From NCBI GenBank assembly GCA_964016885.1, contig OZ024762.1, forward strand, positions 22,196,001 through 22,260,000: 64,000 nt of DNA, in the 5' to 3' direction. The position numbers and the translations under genes were made by a program. This document shows positions 36,561 to 50,852 of this stretch, one piece after another; the stretch's first letter is position 1, and each line of letters starts with the position of its first letter. Source of the stretch: Eledone cirrhosa. Its lineage: Eukaryota. The notes below the pieces were generated by a model. That model made no database searches, was not told the origin of the DNA, and was given only the letters and a program-made list of their open reading frames with translations.

Positions 36561-38275
36561 CTTCCCTATTTCTCTAGCTCTCCTATCTCTCCCTTTCTCT
36601 CTCTACTTCCTTTTCACTCCTCCCCTTTTTTCTATCCTCGTTGCCCCACCGTCTCTCTCTCTCCCTCTATCCTCGCTCTCTCTCTTTCTCTCTCTCTCTT
36701 TCTCTCCCTTTCTCTTTTTCTCTCTCTTTCTCTCTCTCACATCATATTTTAACACTTCACTTATGATGGTGGTGGTTGTAGTGGCAGTGGTAACGGTGGT
36801 GGTGGTGGTGGTGGTAATAGTAATGGTGGTGGTGGTGGTGGTTGTAGTGGCAGTGGTAATATGGTGGTGGTGGTGGTGGTAATGGTAATGGTGGTGGTGG
36901 TGGTGGCTGTGGTGATGGTAGTGGTAATGGTAATGATGGCGGTAATGGTAGTGGTGGTAATGATAGTGGTGGTGGTGGTAATGGTGTTGGTGGTGGCTGT
37001 GGTGACGTCACCATGCGTGAAAGCGTCAATTTACATAGATACATTTGTCTTTTTGGTTGAACACAAATTTGAGAATTAATATTTGGTAAGAGCAGCCACC
37101 ACTCCCACCCCCTTCAATTTCTCTCTCCCTTCCCCCTTCTCTCTCCCTTTCTTCCATCTCTCTCCCATCTCTCTCCTCCCATCTCTCTCCCCTTCTCCCC
37201 CTCTCCCTCCCATCTCTCTCTCCCCTCCTCCCATCTCGCTCATCTCTTCCATCTCTCTCCTCTCCCCCTCTCCCATATATCCCCCCCTCTCCCATATATC
37301 CCCCCCTCTCCCATATCTCTCCTCTCCTCTCCTCTCTCACTCCTCTCCTCTCTTCCCTCTCTTTCTCTCCTCTCTCTTCTCCATTCTCCCTCTCTCCTCT
37401 CTCTTCATTCTCCCTCTCTCCTCTCTCCATTCTCCCTCTCTTTCTCTCCTCTCTTCTCCCTTCTCCCTCATCTCTCTCTCCCCTTCTCCCATCTCTCTTT
37501 CTCTCCTCTCTTCTCCCTTCTCCCTCATCTCTCTCTCCCCTTCTCCCATCTCTCTTCCTTCCCCTCTCTCTCCTCCCTTCTCTCTCCCCCACACCCAGTA
37601 GATATTCTTCTATAGATATATTCCCCCCTCCCCCACATCCCCTCCTCACCACCACCACCCCAGGGAATCCCACAACACTCTTAGTTATTATTATAATTAA
37701 TCAAATCTCGAATTACTAACGCTCGTTAAACATTAAATTTATATCGCCATCATTGATTGAGGCCGCCATTGTTGTTGTTGCTGTTGCTGTCGTTGTTACT
37801 TATAATATAGATGTTGTTGGTGGTGGCGGTGGTGTCGAGGGTGGGTGGTGATGGTGGTGGTTGTGGTGATGATGATAGTGGTGGTGGTGGTGTCGAGGGT
37901 GGCTGTCATTGTGGTGGTGATGGTGATGGTTGTGGTGATGATGATGGTGGTGATGGTGTCGAGGGTGGCTGTCATTGTGATGGTGGTGGTTGTTGTGGTG
38001 ATGATGGTGGTGGTCGTAGTGGTGGTGCTGGTGGCGGTGGTGTCGAGGGTGGCTGTCATTGTGGTGGTGGTGGTGCTGGTGGTGGTGGTGTCGAGGGTGG
38101 CTGTCATTGTGGTGGGGGTGATGATGGTGGTTGTGGCGGTGGTCGTCGTTGTGGTTGTCGTGGTGATGGTGGTGGTTGTCGATGTTGCGATGATGATGAT
38201 GATGGATGGTGGTGGTAGTGGCGATGGTGCTGACGATGGTGGTGGTTTTAGTGGTTGTCATTGCCGTGGTGGTTG

Positions 38276-38306
<31 letters not shown>

Positions 38307-38347
38307 GGTGGTGGTGGTTTTAGTGGTTGTCATTGTCGTGGTGGTTG

Positions 38348-38381
<34 letters not shown>

Positions 38382-38438
38382 GGTTGTCGTTGTGATGATG
38401 ATGGTGGTAATGGCGATGGTTGCTGTCGTTGTGATGAC

Positions 38439-38471
<33 letters not shown>

Positions 38472-39940
38472 TTTAGTGGTTGTGATGATGATGATGGTGG
38501 TGGTGGTGGTGGTCTTAGTGGTTGTGATGATGATGATGGTGGTGGTGGTGGTGGTCTTAGTGGTTGTGATGATGATGATGGTGGTGGTGGTGGTGGTCTT
38601 AGTGATTGTGATGATGATGATGGTGGTGGCGTCGATGGTTGCTGTCATTGTCGTGGTGTTGGTGATAGTAGTAGTAGTGGTGGTGGTGGTGGTGGTGGTG
38701 GTGGTGGTCGTTGTCGTCGTTGGTATGGTGATGATGATAGTGGCGGTGTTGGTAACGTCGTCGTTGTGGTTACTAGCAATGCAGTTACGGTTGTTGTTAT
38801 TGTTGGTGTGTGGGGGGGGGGTATATTTATGGTTGAGTCAGGAGAATGTCTTCTTTTTCTTCATTTTTTCTTGAACAAAAACTCTTGTATTGTTTATTGA
38901 AACAAGATAATTATAACATATTGATGGTGAAGGAGGAGGAGAAGAAGGAGAAGGAGGAGGAGAAGAAGAAGGTGAAGAAGAAGAGAATGGTGAAGAAGAA
39001 AAAGGAGAGCAAGATAATGGTGAAGAAGGAGAAGAAGAAGAAGGAGAGCAAGAGAATGGTGAAGAAGAAGAAGAAGGAGAGCAAGAGAATGGTGGAGAAG
39101 AATAATAATAAGAAGAAGAAGAAGAAGAGGAAGAGAATGGTGAAGAAGAAGAAGAAGAAGAAGAAGAAGAAGATGGTGAAAAAAAGGTGAGGTGGTGAAG
39201 AAGTAGAAGAAGAAGGTGAAGAAACTCGGGGAGGAGGTGGCTATCATCTTTTTACACCAGTACAACAACAGTAGCAGAAACTACAACAAAGACAACAACA
39301 ACAACAACAGTAAATATTACAAGAACAACAGAATGGAAAAACAACACCACCCCACCAACACCGCCATAAACAATATCAACAACAACAACAACAGCACCCC
39401 ACCGCCGTAAACAACATTAACAACAACAGCACCACCACCACCACCATAAACAACAACATCATCATCAACACAACACCACCGCCACCATAAACAACAACAC
39501 CACCACCACCATAAACAACAACAACAACAACACCACCGCCATAAACAACATCAACAACAACAACACCAACATCATCATCAACACAACACCACCACCACCA
39601 TAAACAACAACACCACCACCACCACAAACAACATCAACAACAACAGCACCACCACCACCAACACCCTCAACAACACCACCACCACAAACAACACCAACAA
39701 CAACAACAACAACACCATCATAAACACCAACATCAACAACAACAACACCACCATCATAAACATCGACAACACCACACCACCATCATAAACACCAACAACA
39801 ACACCACCACCATAAACACCAACAACAACAACAACAACACCACCACCACCACCACCATAAACACCAACAACAACAACACCAACAACAACAACACCAACAA
39901 CAACAACACCAACAACAACAACACCAACAACAACAACAAG
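36530..39940. repeat. Low-complexity block: (CT)n, (GGT)n, (GAT)n, (GAA)n, (AAC/ACC)n
   Basis: Directly visible. Confidence 0.9.
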
Positions 39941-40294
39941 ACAGTCAGAGATTTGAAGAAGTGAAGAATTAGAAGCGGAAATACTTGAAGCGGGGAGGCA
40001 ACAAATTTGAAGAAATGGAGCTTTAGTTGAAATATTGAAATATCACTGTCTTGGGAACTGGAGATTCTTCAGCTCTGCTGGAATAGTTCAGCCAGCCATG
40101 TGGTGTGAGCCAAGGTAGACGTAGACAAAGAGGTGGGGGAGGGGCTGTGATGTTTGTGTAGTCAGTCAGATCAGAGAATCTTCCGTTAAAATAAAATAAA
40201 AAAATAAAAACAACACTATAATTCTCAACAGTTGTGTTATTTCACTCAGTTAAATTGATCAAAGTAGCCTCGGTGTATTTGAGCGGGAGGCTTG

Positions 40295-40350
<56 letters not shown>

Positions 40351-41236
40351 GTGTGGTGTATTTGAGCGGGCTTGATGTGTGTGTGTGTGTGTGGTGTATT
40401 TGAGCGGGGGGCTTGTTGTGTGTGTTTGTGCGTGTGTGTGGTGTTTTTGAGCGGGCTTGTTGTGTGTGTGTGGTGTATTTGATCGTGCTTGTTGTGTGTG
40501 TGTGCGTGTGTGTGGTGTATTTGAGCGGGCTTGTTGTGTGTCTGTATGTGGTGAGGGGCTACGTTAGTGTGTGTGTGTGTGGAGGAGCTAGTGTGTGTGT
40601 GGTTTGGAGAAGCTACGTTAGTGTGTGTGTGTGTGTGGTAAGGGGCTACGTTAGTGTGTGTATGTATGTTTGTTTGTGTGTGTGTGTGTGTGGTGGTTTG
40701 GAGGGGCTACACTAGTGTGTGAGTGTTGGTGGTGGTGTGGTGCGTGTGTGTGTATACGTACATTAGTGTAAAGGAAAATGTGTATGTACACCTGAATATA
40801 TGTGTATGTGTGTGCAATAGTGTGTGTGTGTGTGAATATCAAAGTGTATCGATATATGTATTAATGTATGTATGTATTTGTGTATTAATATATATATATA
40901 TATGAAGGTGTATATGTATGTATGTGTATATGTAAATTCATGTGAGTACATGTTATACATATATGTATGTGTAGGTATGTATGCATGAATGCATATGTAT
41001 CTGCAATGGTGCGTGTTTGTATATGCGTACACAAGTGTGCGGGGGGGGGGGCTATAGATGTACGCATGATTGAATGTGTACGTCTGCATGTATGTATGTG
41101 TATATATATATGTGTGTGTGTAAATTGATTGTACACTTGTGCTGTTTAGTAGCGCATAACTATACATATATAGAGATTGAAAGCAAGAAGTTTCACAGCT
41201 ATATTTTTTTCATCACAAACTGAATTTGATTCATGG

Positions 41237-41275
<39 letters not shown>

Positions 41276-41277
<2 letters not shown>

Positions 41278-41595
41278 TTATATTAATAAATGGAAGCTAT
41301 ATTTATAAAACCATAATTATTTTATTATATATATTTTAAGGGCAACCAAGGCAAATTTTGGTGCGCTTTCATCAGATAAAATACAAAATTTGTTTTATAA
41401 ATGTTGACATACCCGCCGAAGAACAACCTTGGGGGTTCGCTGTCAAGGTTGTTCTTCGGCGAGTATGTCAACATTTATAAAACAAATTTTGTATTTTATC
41501 TGATGAAAGCGCACCAAAATTTGCCTTGGTTGTCCTTGAAATATATATAATAAAATAATTATGGTTTTATAAATATAGCTTCCATTAATATAATG
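41276..41595. mobile_element. Family B Penelope-like fold-back element: ~150 bp inverted arms with a 12-nt loop
   Basis: Arms ~41276-41431 and 41444-41595. Contains a hammerhead motif. Continues with a family B tail to ~41686 (homologous to 62835-62926 and, inverted, 60037-60105). Confidence 0.8.
41492..41557 (+). ncRNA. Type I hammerhead ribozyme motif
   Basis: TATTTTAT-CTGATGA-aagcgcaccaa..ttggttgtcctt-GAAA-tatata-TA-ATAAAATA, with a perfect 8-bp stem I and intact core. Confidence 0.8.
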
Positions 41596-42084
41596 AATAT
41601 TTACTCCACCAATCTCTTGAGTGCTTTATATCAGTTATAAAACTTTTAAGTTTGTTGAATTCCAACAAATTAAATATAACCTTTGTATATATTTATATAT
41701 ATATATATATAAAGGATAACAAAATATCGTTATAGGTAATCCAGTTAGAGGTTGTGAATACTTCTTATTATGGATAGTTTAAGCGTACCACGTTGTTTGA
41801 CTCAACAAGAGGTTTACGTAGATGACGAGTTTATGCTTTCACTTGTATTCCTATGTAAGTTTATCTTGGAGTAATACAATTAAAAAAGTGGAGAATAACA
41901 TGGTCAACAGTACACAAAGGGGGATTTATTTACAGTCTAACAATTGTTTCACTGATAAAGTTGTCTAAAAATTGCTGAACACTAGAAGCAGTGCCACTCA
42001 ATTTTAAATACGATGTTAGCTCGATCAGATCTTCGGAAACTGTTAAAAAATATATATATAACCCATGTTATTCTCCTCTTTTTC

Positions 42085-42148
<64 letters not shown>

Positions 42149-42283
42149 TTATATATATATTGTAAAATGTGTGTAGAAGTAGTTCCACAACAGTTAGTTC
42201 ACCATACCGAGAACAAATGTTTCACCTTATGCGGATTTTCAGCTCGGTCATATATAGATATATATTTATATAAATATATATAT

Positions 42284-42453
42284 CTAGGGCGGGTAAAATT
42301 CCCTAGATCAATGGACGAGTTGTCTCCAGCGGTCTCTGTAACCTCATTATCGCTGCCACGTCCTGCGTCTCCAAGAGACCAGTGTCTGTCCTTAGGGCAT
42401 CAACATATGTTAACCTCGGCCTTCCTCTTCCACTGTGTCCATGCAGGGGCTCC

Positions 42454-42456
<3 letters not shown>
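42284..42456 (-). mobile_element. RTE-clade LINE 3' fragment
   Basis: Minus translation WEPLHGHSGRGRPRLTYVDALRTDTGL matches the RGRP-containing C-terminus typical of RTE ORFs. A second copy is at 59562-59717. Lies between (TA)n tracts. Confidence 0.75.
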
Positions 42457-42503
<47 letters not shown>

Positions 42504-42729
42504 AAACACACACACACACAGTAAATTCTATAAGTTGATAATACAATAGTAAGGCGTTCGGATATTTAAAGCTCAAATGTGGTTTCTTTTATATCCAGAT
42601 TAACGAGAGATAATACAGAGGTAAATACAGTTAGTATACTTCCGGTCATCTGAAGTTTATAATCACAGACCATATATAAACAAAGGAAATAGATCAACAA
42701 GTTCAACAGTTAATACATTATTTATCTGA

Positions 42730-42913
42730 GGCGGTGAATTGGCAGTATCGGTAGAGAGTCGGACGCCATGCTTTCCAGCATAGATACGTCCCTTTACGGT
42801 CTGAGTTTAAATCCCGCCGAGGTTAACTTTGCCTTTCATCCTTACGGGGTCGATAAAATAAAGTACCAGTAATGTACTGGGTAATTGCTGGCCTTGTGCC
42901 AAAAGTAGAAACA
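42730..42913 (+). mobile_element. Full-length SINE family 1 copy with a 13-bp TSD
   Basis: ATTATTTATCTGA occurs at 42717-42729 and 42914-42926. Confidence 0.9.
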
Positions 42914-43305
42914 ATTATTTATCTGATCAACACGTGTTTCATTCTGTAAAGATCGTCAGGATAAATTATATATACAACATATTAAAAAGTGTTTATTTAC
43001 TGACCGATGTATGTCTGTGCCACCATGGTTGCAGTTGCAAATTGTAAACAAAGTGTTTTCTAAGGTCATGGAAGGCTGGAATTGCCAGAATTATTTAACG
43101 GTACTTTTTTTATAGTTATTCTGTCGTGTATCACCAGCACTCCTATTCTGATATTAACGTAACCTATGATTGTCGTTAGTGCAAATATAGTAATATTTAC
43201 TGAAGTCATAACATCTAGATAATTTTAGATATTACTTGCTTCCATAGTCTTTATAACATTAACGCTCATAAAACTGTATACTGAGGTTAATTTTGATTAT
43301 ACCTT

Positions 43306-43640
43306 AACACAATAGCGGAATAAAATATTTGATCCACAAATGTTGATCTGTTGTCTGTGAAAAACGAGGATCAACTTTTACTTGAACACAATAGCGGAGT
43401 AAAATATAAAATTGATGAGCCACAAAAGTTGATCCGTTGTCTCTGAAAAACGAGGATCAACTTTTACATGAACACAATAGCGGAGTAAAATATAAACATT
43501 TTGAGCCACAAACGTTGATCCGTTGTCTGTGAAAAACGAGGATCAATTTTTACATGAACACAATAGCGGAGTAAAATATAAAAATGTTGAGCCACAAACG
43601 TTGATCTGTTGTCTGTGAAAAACATGGATCAACTTTTAGA
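43306..43640. repeat. Four tandem 79-86 bp units, each containing a hairpin (GTTGATCC...GGATCAAC)
   Basis: Units start AACACAATAGCGGA at ~43306, 43385, 43471 and 43557. Confidence 0.85.
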
Positions 43641-44059
43641 TGTGACACATGGAAATGTTCGAAGTATTTTGGTTATAAATTGCGTGGGGGAAGATCGATT
43701 TTTACATGGGACTAACTTATACACTAGTATATACGGTAATACTTGAACGTATTCTATTACTTAATCGCATCACATCCCCCTCCCCACACGCACACACACA
43801 CTCTTTCTCTCTCTCTCTCCGTCTCACTTTTGTCCTCCGCGTTATTTCTCTTTCTCTCTCTTTCTATTTTTCTCTCTCATTCTCTCTCTCTCTCCCTCTC
43901 TCTCTCTCTACTCTCTCTCTCTCTCTCCTTTACTCTCTCCCTCTCTCCACACCATTCTCCATCTCCTCCTCTTGCATTCTTCCACAAGTCTGTTACACAC
44001 TCTGCTTCATTAGAAGAGAAATATCTATACAACAGCATTGCTATATACCCACCCCGTCT

Positions 44060-44371
44060 AATACTGTACACACACACATACATACACACACACATATATA
44101 TACACACATACACACACACACATATATATACACACATACACACACACACATACCATACACACACACACATATATATACACACATACACACACACATACAT
44201 GCACACACACGTATAGTGACGTTCCCACCTTGTGTGACCTCCTCCCATTACAGTCACCACCGCTGCTATAAACACTATCACACACATACATAAATACGTA
44301 TGTACATGCACACACTCATACATATATATATAAGTATATACATATATATACATATATATACATATATATAT

Positions 44372-44433
<62 letters not shown>

Positions 44434-44925
44434 ATACATACATACTTTCATTCGTACATCTATACATCCATATACATGCATTCACACATACATATATACA
44501 TACATACAGATATATATAAATATATACATATATATAATGCACACAGACACACACACACATACATATATATACATACATACACACACACACATATATATAT
44601 ATACATACACACACATATATATATACATACATACACACATATATATACATACACATACGCACACACATATACACACACACACACACATATATATATATTC
44701 ATATATATACACATACACACACACACACACACACATATACATACACATACGCACACACATACACACACACACACATATATATTCATATATATACACATAT
44801 ATACATACACACACACATATACATACATACACACACACACACATATATATACATACACATACGCACACACATATACACACACACATATATATTCATATAT
44901 ATACACACACGCACGCACACGCACG

Positions 44926-44979
<54 letters not shown>

Positions 44980-46350
44980 CATACACATACGCACACACAT
45001 ATACACACACACACATATATATATTCATATATATACACACACACACATACACACACATATATACATACACATACGCACACACATACACACACACACATAT
45101 ATATATTCATATATATACACATACACACACACACACACATACATACATACACACACACACACATATATATATATATACACATACGCACACACATATACAC
45201 ACACACACGACCATTTAGCCAGATAGATTTCAAAATGCATAAGAATAATTGAATTCGTTTTCCAAGAGAGTAAAGTCAGTGCATTGCACGAGCGATCAGT
45301 CTAGGTGACCCAGGGGTCAAGGAAAGTCCATTTTCTTCAAGACGGTTCGCCTAACACAATCGACCAAAAGCCATCTTCGATAATTTCCCATGATAACTTA
45401 CTTCACACTTCTCTCTATTTTAACCGCTGTCGTACACATGATTGAGCAGGGCGTTGGTTGTTGGTTGCTGGTTGTTGGTTGCTGGTTGGCTGGTTGGTTG
45501 GTTGGTTTGGTGGTGGTGCTGGTGGTGGTGGTGATGGTGGTCGTCGTCGTCGTGGTTGTTGGTTGTTGGTTGTTGGTTGCTGGTTGGTGGTGGTGGTGGT
45601 TGTCGTTGGTGGTGGTGGTGGTGCTGGTGGTGGTGATGGTTGGCTGGTTGGTGGATGGTGGTGGTGGTAGTGGTGGTTGGTGGATGGTGGTGGTGGTGGT
45701 GGTGCTGCTGCTAGTGGTGATGGTGGTGGTGGTTGGTGGTGGTGGTGGTTGGCTGGTTGGTGGATGGTGGTGGTGGTGGTGGTGGTGGTGATGGTTGGCT
45801 GGTTGGTGGATGGTGGTGGTGGTGGTGCTGCTGCTAGTGGTGGTGGTGGTGGTGGTCGTCATCGTCGTTGGTGGTGGTCGTTGGTGGTGGTGGTGGTGGT
45901 GCTGGTGGTGCTGTTGCTAGTGGTGATGGTGGTAGTCGTCGTCGTTGGTTGCTGGTGGTGGTGGTGGTGGTGGTGATTGGTAGAGGTGGTGATGGTGTTT
46001 GCTGGTGGTGGTGGTAATGGGGTTTGGTGATGGGGTTGTTGGTTGATGGTGGGTGATGGTGGTTGGTGGTGGTGGTGGTGGTGGTGGTTGGTTGTAGGCG
46101 ATGGTGGCTGGTTGTAAGTGGTTGGAGGTCTGTTGGTTGGTGGTGGTGATGGTGGTGGCTGGTGGTGATGGCAGTGGTGGCGGTGGTGATGGTGTTTGGT
46201 GGTGGTTGCAGTGATGGTGGTGGTGGCAGAGGTGTTGGTGGTGACGGTGTTTTGTGGTGGTGGCGGCGACATTAGAGGTGGATAGATTACAGTGGTGGCA
46301 GTGGTGGTGGTGGTGGTGACAGCTTTGATTCTGGTGGTGGTGATAATGAT
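44060..46350. repeat. (AC)/(AT) and (GGT)n low-complexity block
   Basis: Directly visible. Confidence 0.9.
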
Positions 46351-46381
46351 GATGGAAGTGCTCTTAGAATTACAAATACAA

Positions 46382-46536
46382 CCCAGTACATTACTGGTAC
46401 TTTATTTTATCGACCCCGTAAGGATGAAAGGCAAAGTTAACCTCGGCAGGATTTGAACTCAGAACGTAAAGGGCCATACCTTTATGTTGGAAAGCATGGT
46501 GTCTGACGCTCTATCGATACTGCCAAACCACTACCC
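46382..46536 (-). mobile_element. SINE family 1 copy
   Basis: Family core and head on the minus strand. Confidence 0.85.
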
Positions 46537-47830
46537 TCGAGTATAAAATCACCAAACCACTGCCCTCTAGTATAATATCACCAAACCACTGCCTTCGAGT
46601 ATAAAATCACCAAACCACCGTCCTCTAGTATAGTATCACCAAACCACTGCCCTCGAGTATAATATCACCAAACCACCGTCCTCTAGTATAATATCACCAA
46701 ACCACTGCCCTCGAATATGATATCACCAAACCACTGCCCTCGAGTATAAAATCACCAAACCACCGTCCTCTAGTATAGTATCACCAAACCACTGCCCTCG
46801 AGTATAATATCACCAAACCACCGTCCTCTAGTATAATATCACCAAACCACTGCCCTCGAATATGATATCACCAAACCACCGTCCTCTAGTATAGTATCAC
46901 CAAACCACTGCCCTCGAGTATAATATCACCAAACCACCGTCCTCTAGTATAATATCACCAAACCACTGCCCTCGAATATGATATCACCAAACCACCGTCC
47001 TCTAGTATAGTATCACCAAACCACTGTCCTCTAGTATAGTATCACCAAACCACTGCCCTCGAATATGATATCACTAAACCACTGTCCTCTAGTATAGTAT
47101 CTCCAAACCACTGTCCTCTAGTATAGTATCACCAAACCACCGTCCTCTAGTATAGTATCACCAAACCACCGTCCTCTAGTATAGTATCACCAAACCACCG
47201 TCCTCTAGTATAGTATCTCCAAACCACTGTCCTCTAGTATAATATCTCCAAACCACTGTCCTCTAGTATAGTATCTCCAAACCACCGTCCTCTAGTATAG
47301 TATCACCAAACCACCGTCCTCTAGTATAGTATCACCAAACCACTGCCCTCGAATATGATATCACCAAACCACTGTCCTCTAGCATAGTATGAGCAAACCA
47401 CTGCCCTCGAATATGATATCACTAAACCACTGTCCTCTAGTATAGTATCACCAAACCACCGTCCTCTAGTATAGTATCACCAAACCACTGCCCTCGAATA
47501 TGATATCACCAAACCACTGTCCTCTAGTATAGTATCACCAAACCACTGCCCTCGAGTATAATATCACCAAACCACCGTCCTCTAGTATAGTATCACCAAA
47601 CCACTGCCCTCGAATATGATATCACCAAACCACCGTCCTCTAGTATAATATCACCAAACCACCGCCCTCGAGTATAAAATCACCAAATCACTGCCCTCGA
47701 GTATAGTATCACCAAACCACTGCCCTCTAGTATAGTATCACCAAACCACTGCCCTCGAGTATAATATCACCAAACCACCGTTCTCTAGTATAGTATCACC
47801 AAACCACCGCTCTCGAGTATAATATCACCG
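46522..47830. repeat. 29-bp minisatellite, ~45 copies (CACCAAACCACTGCCCTCGAGTATAATAT)
   Basis: Tandem array beginning inside the SINE head. Confidence 0.95.
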
Positions 47831-47964
47831 CATAAATAGTTCTAATAAGATTTCTTATTAGATTGTGAAATACATAAACACTTAAATTAAGTGTAAATGG
47901 CGTCCCTGAGAAGCCGGGATAATAAACACCGGTGTCTCCGGTGGGAAAAGCTTCTCTGCTTAGG

Positions 47965-48140
47965 GGAGACTTTGGCAGTATTGGTACAGCGTCAGACACC
48001 ATGCTTTGCAGCATAGAGTTACGGCCCTTTCCATTCTGAGTTCAAATACCGCCGCGGTTAACTTTGCCTTTCATCCTTGCAGGGTCGATAAAATAAAGTA
48101 CCAGCAATGTACAGGGGTCGGTTTAATCGACTTTCCCCTC
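47965..48140 (+). mobile_element. SINE family 1 copy (variant with GGGGTCG..TTAATCGACTTTCCC segment)
   Basis: A and B boxes plus family core. Confidence 0.8.
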
Positions 48141-48144
48141 CCTT

Positions 48145-50024
48145 GTGGTGATGATGATTATGGTGTTGTGGTGGTGGTGATGATGATAAGGGTGATGATG
48201 GTGATGTTGATGTTGTTGATGATGATGGTTGTGTGGTGGGGGGTGGGGGTGAGGATTGTAGTGATTAGTATAATGATGGTGGCATAGGAGAGGGTGAGTA
48301 GGATGGCAATCATAACAATGATAATGGCGTTGATGAAACGATGGTGATGATGATGACGATGATGGTGATGATGATGATGGTGATGATGATGATGATAATG
48401 ATGATGATGGTGGTGGTGGGGATGGTGATGATGATGATTATGATGACTATGATGATGGTGGTAGTGATGGTGATGGTGATGATGATGGTGGTGGTGGTGG
48501 TGGTGATGGTGATGATGATGGTGATGGTGATGATGATGGTGATGATGAGGATAATGATGATGATGGTGGTGGTGGGGATGGTGATGATGATGATTATGAT
48601 GATGGTGGTGGTGGTGGTGGTGATGGTGATGATGATGATAGTGGTGGTGGTGATGGTGATGGTGGTGATGGTGATGATGATGGCGATGATGATGATGACG
48701 ATATTACCATTCTATTAACGACATGTAACTCCCATCAATATATCATTAAATACAACAATAACGACAACAATAACAGCAATAACAACAACACCACACCACC
48801 ACCACATCACCACTATCACCACACCACCACCATCACCACCACCACCATCACCACCACACCACCACCACCACCACCACATCACCACTACCACCACCACATC
48901 ACCACTACCACTACCACCACACCACCACCACCACCACATCACCACTACCACCACCACATCACCACTACCACCACCACATCACCACTACCACCACACCACC
49001 ACCACCACCACATCACCACTACCACCACCACATCACCACTACCACCACCACATCACCACTACCACTACCACCACACCACCACCACCACCACCACATCACC
49101 ACTACCACCACCACATCACCATTACCACCACCACATCACCACTACCACTACCACCATTACCACCACCATCACCACATCACCACTACCACCACCACATGAC
49201 CACTACCACCACCACATCACCACTACCACTACCACCACACCACCACCACCACCACATCACCACTACCACTACCACCATTACCACCACCACCACTACCACA
49301 TCACCACTACCACCACATCACCACCACCACCACATCACCACTACTACTACCACCACACCACCACCACCACCACATCACCACTACCACCACCACATCACCA
49401 CTACCACCACCACATCACCACTACCACCACCAGCACCACCACCATCACCACCACTACCACTACCACCATTACCACCACGATCACCACTACCACCACCACA
49501 TCACCACTACCACTACCACTACCACCATTACCACCACCATCACCACTACCACCACCACATCACCACTACCACTACCACCATTACCACCACCACCATCACC
49601 ACTACCACCACCACATCACCACTACCACTACCACCATTACCACCACCACCACCACTACCACCACCACATCACCACTACCACTACCACCATTACCACCACC
49701 ATCACCACTACCACCACCACATCACCACTACCACTACCACCATTACCACCACCATCACCACTACCACCACCATCACCACCACTACCACAACAACAACAAC
49801 AGCTATAACACTAAGTTGTGTGTTAACCAGAGAATCTTACAAACAACGATGACATAAACAGCGGGATTATATGGGGCACGAAAGTAGCATATGGTGGGGG
49901 GGGGGACGGCAAGTGACATATATATATATATATGTATATATATATATGTATATATATATATATGTATATATGTATACACATTTATATATATATGTATACA
50001 TATATATATATATATATACACATT

Positions 50025-50060
<36 letters not shown>

Positions 50061-50140
50061 TGTATGTATGTATATATATATATATATACATGTATGTATG
50101 TATATATATACATGTATGTATGTATATATATACATGTATG

Positions 50141-50183
<43 letters not shown>

Positions 50184-50185
50184 GT
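48145..50185. repeat. (GAT/GGT)n, (ACC)n and (TA)n tracts
   Basis: Directly visible. Confidence 0.9.
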
Positions 50186-50520
50186 AATGTAGATCTCTCC
50201 CACTCACTCTCTCACTCACACGCACACTATATATATATATATATAAAGAGAGAGAGAAATATATAAAAGAGACAGAGAGCGAATGCGAGAGAAGAGTTAT
50301 AGAACTATTGGAGAGGTAGGGGAGATAACCCATTAGAACGACATAAAACTCAGCAAGTGACATAAAAGTGTCACTTGGCGATTTACAGCCGTATCAAACG
50401 ATAGTTAGAGTTTTAGACAAATGTAAGATTTTATTGCAGTTAAATTGATATCACTGACCCCTAGTGGTTGGTTTGGGTATCACCGGACGCCATTTTACCC
50501 TCAAATATTGACTAGAAAAC

Positions 50521-50620
<100 letters not shown>

Positions 50621-50685
50621 CTGTACCTATCTGTGTCACCTATCTATCTATCTATCTATCTATCAACTGATTCTTTTTTTCAAAT

Positions 50686-50852
50686 AGAGGGTCGGACGCC
50701 ATGCTTTGACGCATAGAGTTCCGGCCCTTGCCATTCTGAGTTCAAATCCCGCCGAGGTTAACTTTGCCTTTCATCCTTGCGGGGATGATAAAATAAAGTA
50801 CCAGTAATGTACTGGAATAATTGCTGGCCTCGTGTCAAAAGTAGAAACAATT
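50686..50852 (+). mobile_element. 5'-truncated SINE family 1 copy
   Basis: B box, core and 3' end AAAAGTAGAAACAATT. Confidence 0.85.

Noticed and set aside
39940-40120. Possible first exon ending ATGTGGTGTGAGCCAAG|GTAGAC
   Set aside because: The donor is weak, it encodes only about six codons, and there is no independent support.
41800-41875. YVDD motif suggesting a Penelope RT fragment
   Set aside because: A four-residue match in a short frame with no other RT motifs. Suggestive only.
42990-43065. Possible GIY-YIG remnant (minus strand VYNL..TYIGQ)
   Set aside because: It needs a frameshift, hits a stop immediately, and is too short to distinguish from chance.
46522-47830. CRISPR-like appearance of the 29-bp array (also the 36-, 40- and 86-bp arrays)
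   Set aside because: Units are contiguous with no unique spacers, there are no cas genes, and the context is eukaryotic.
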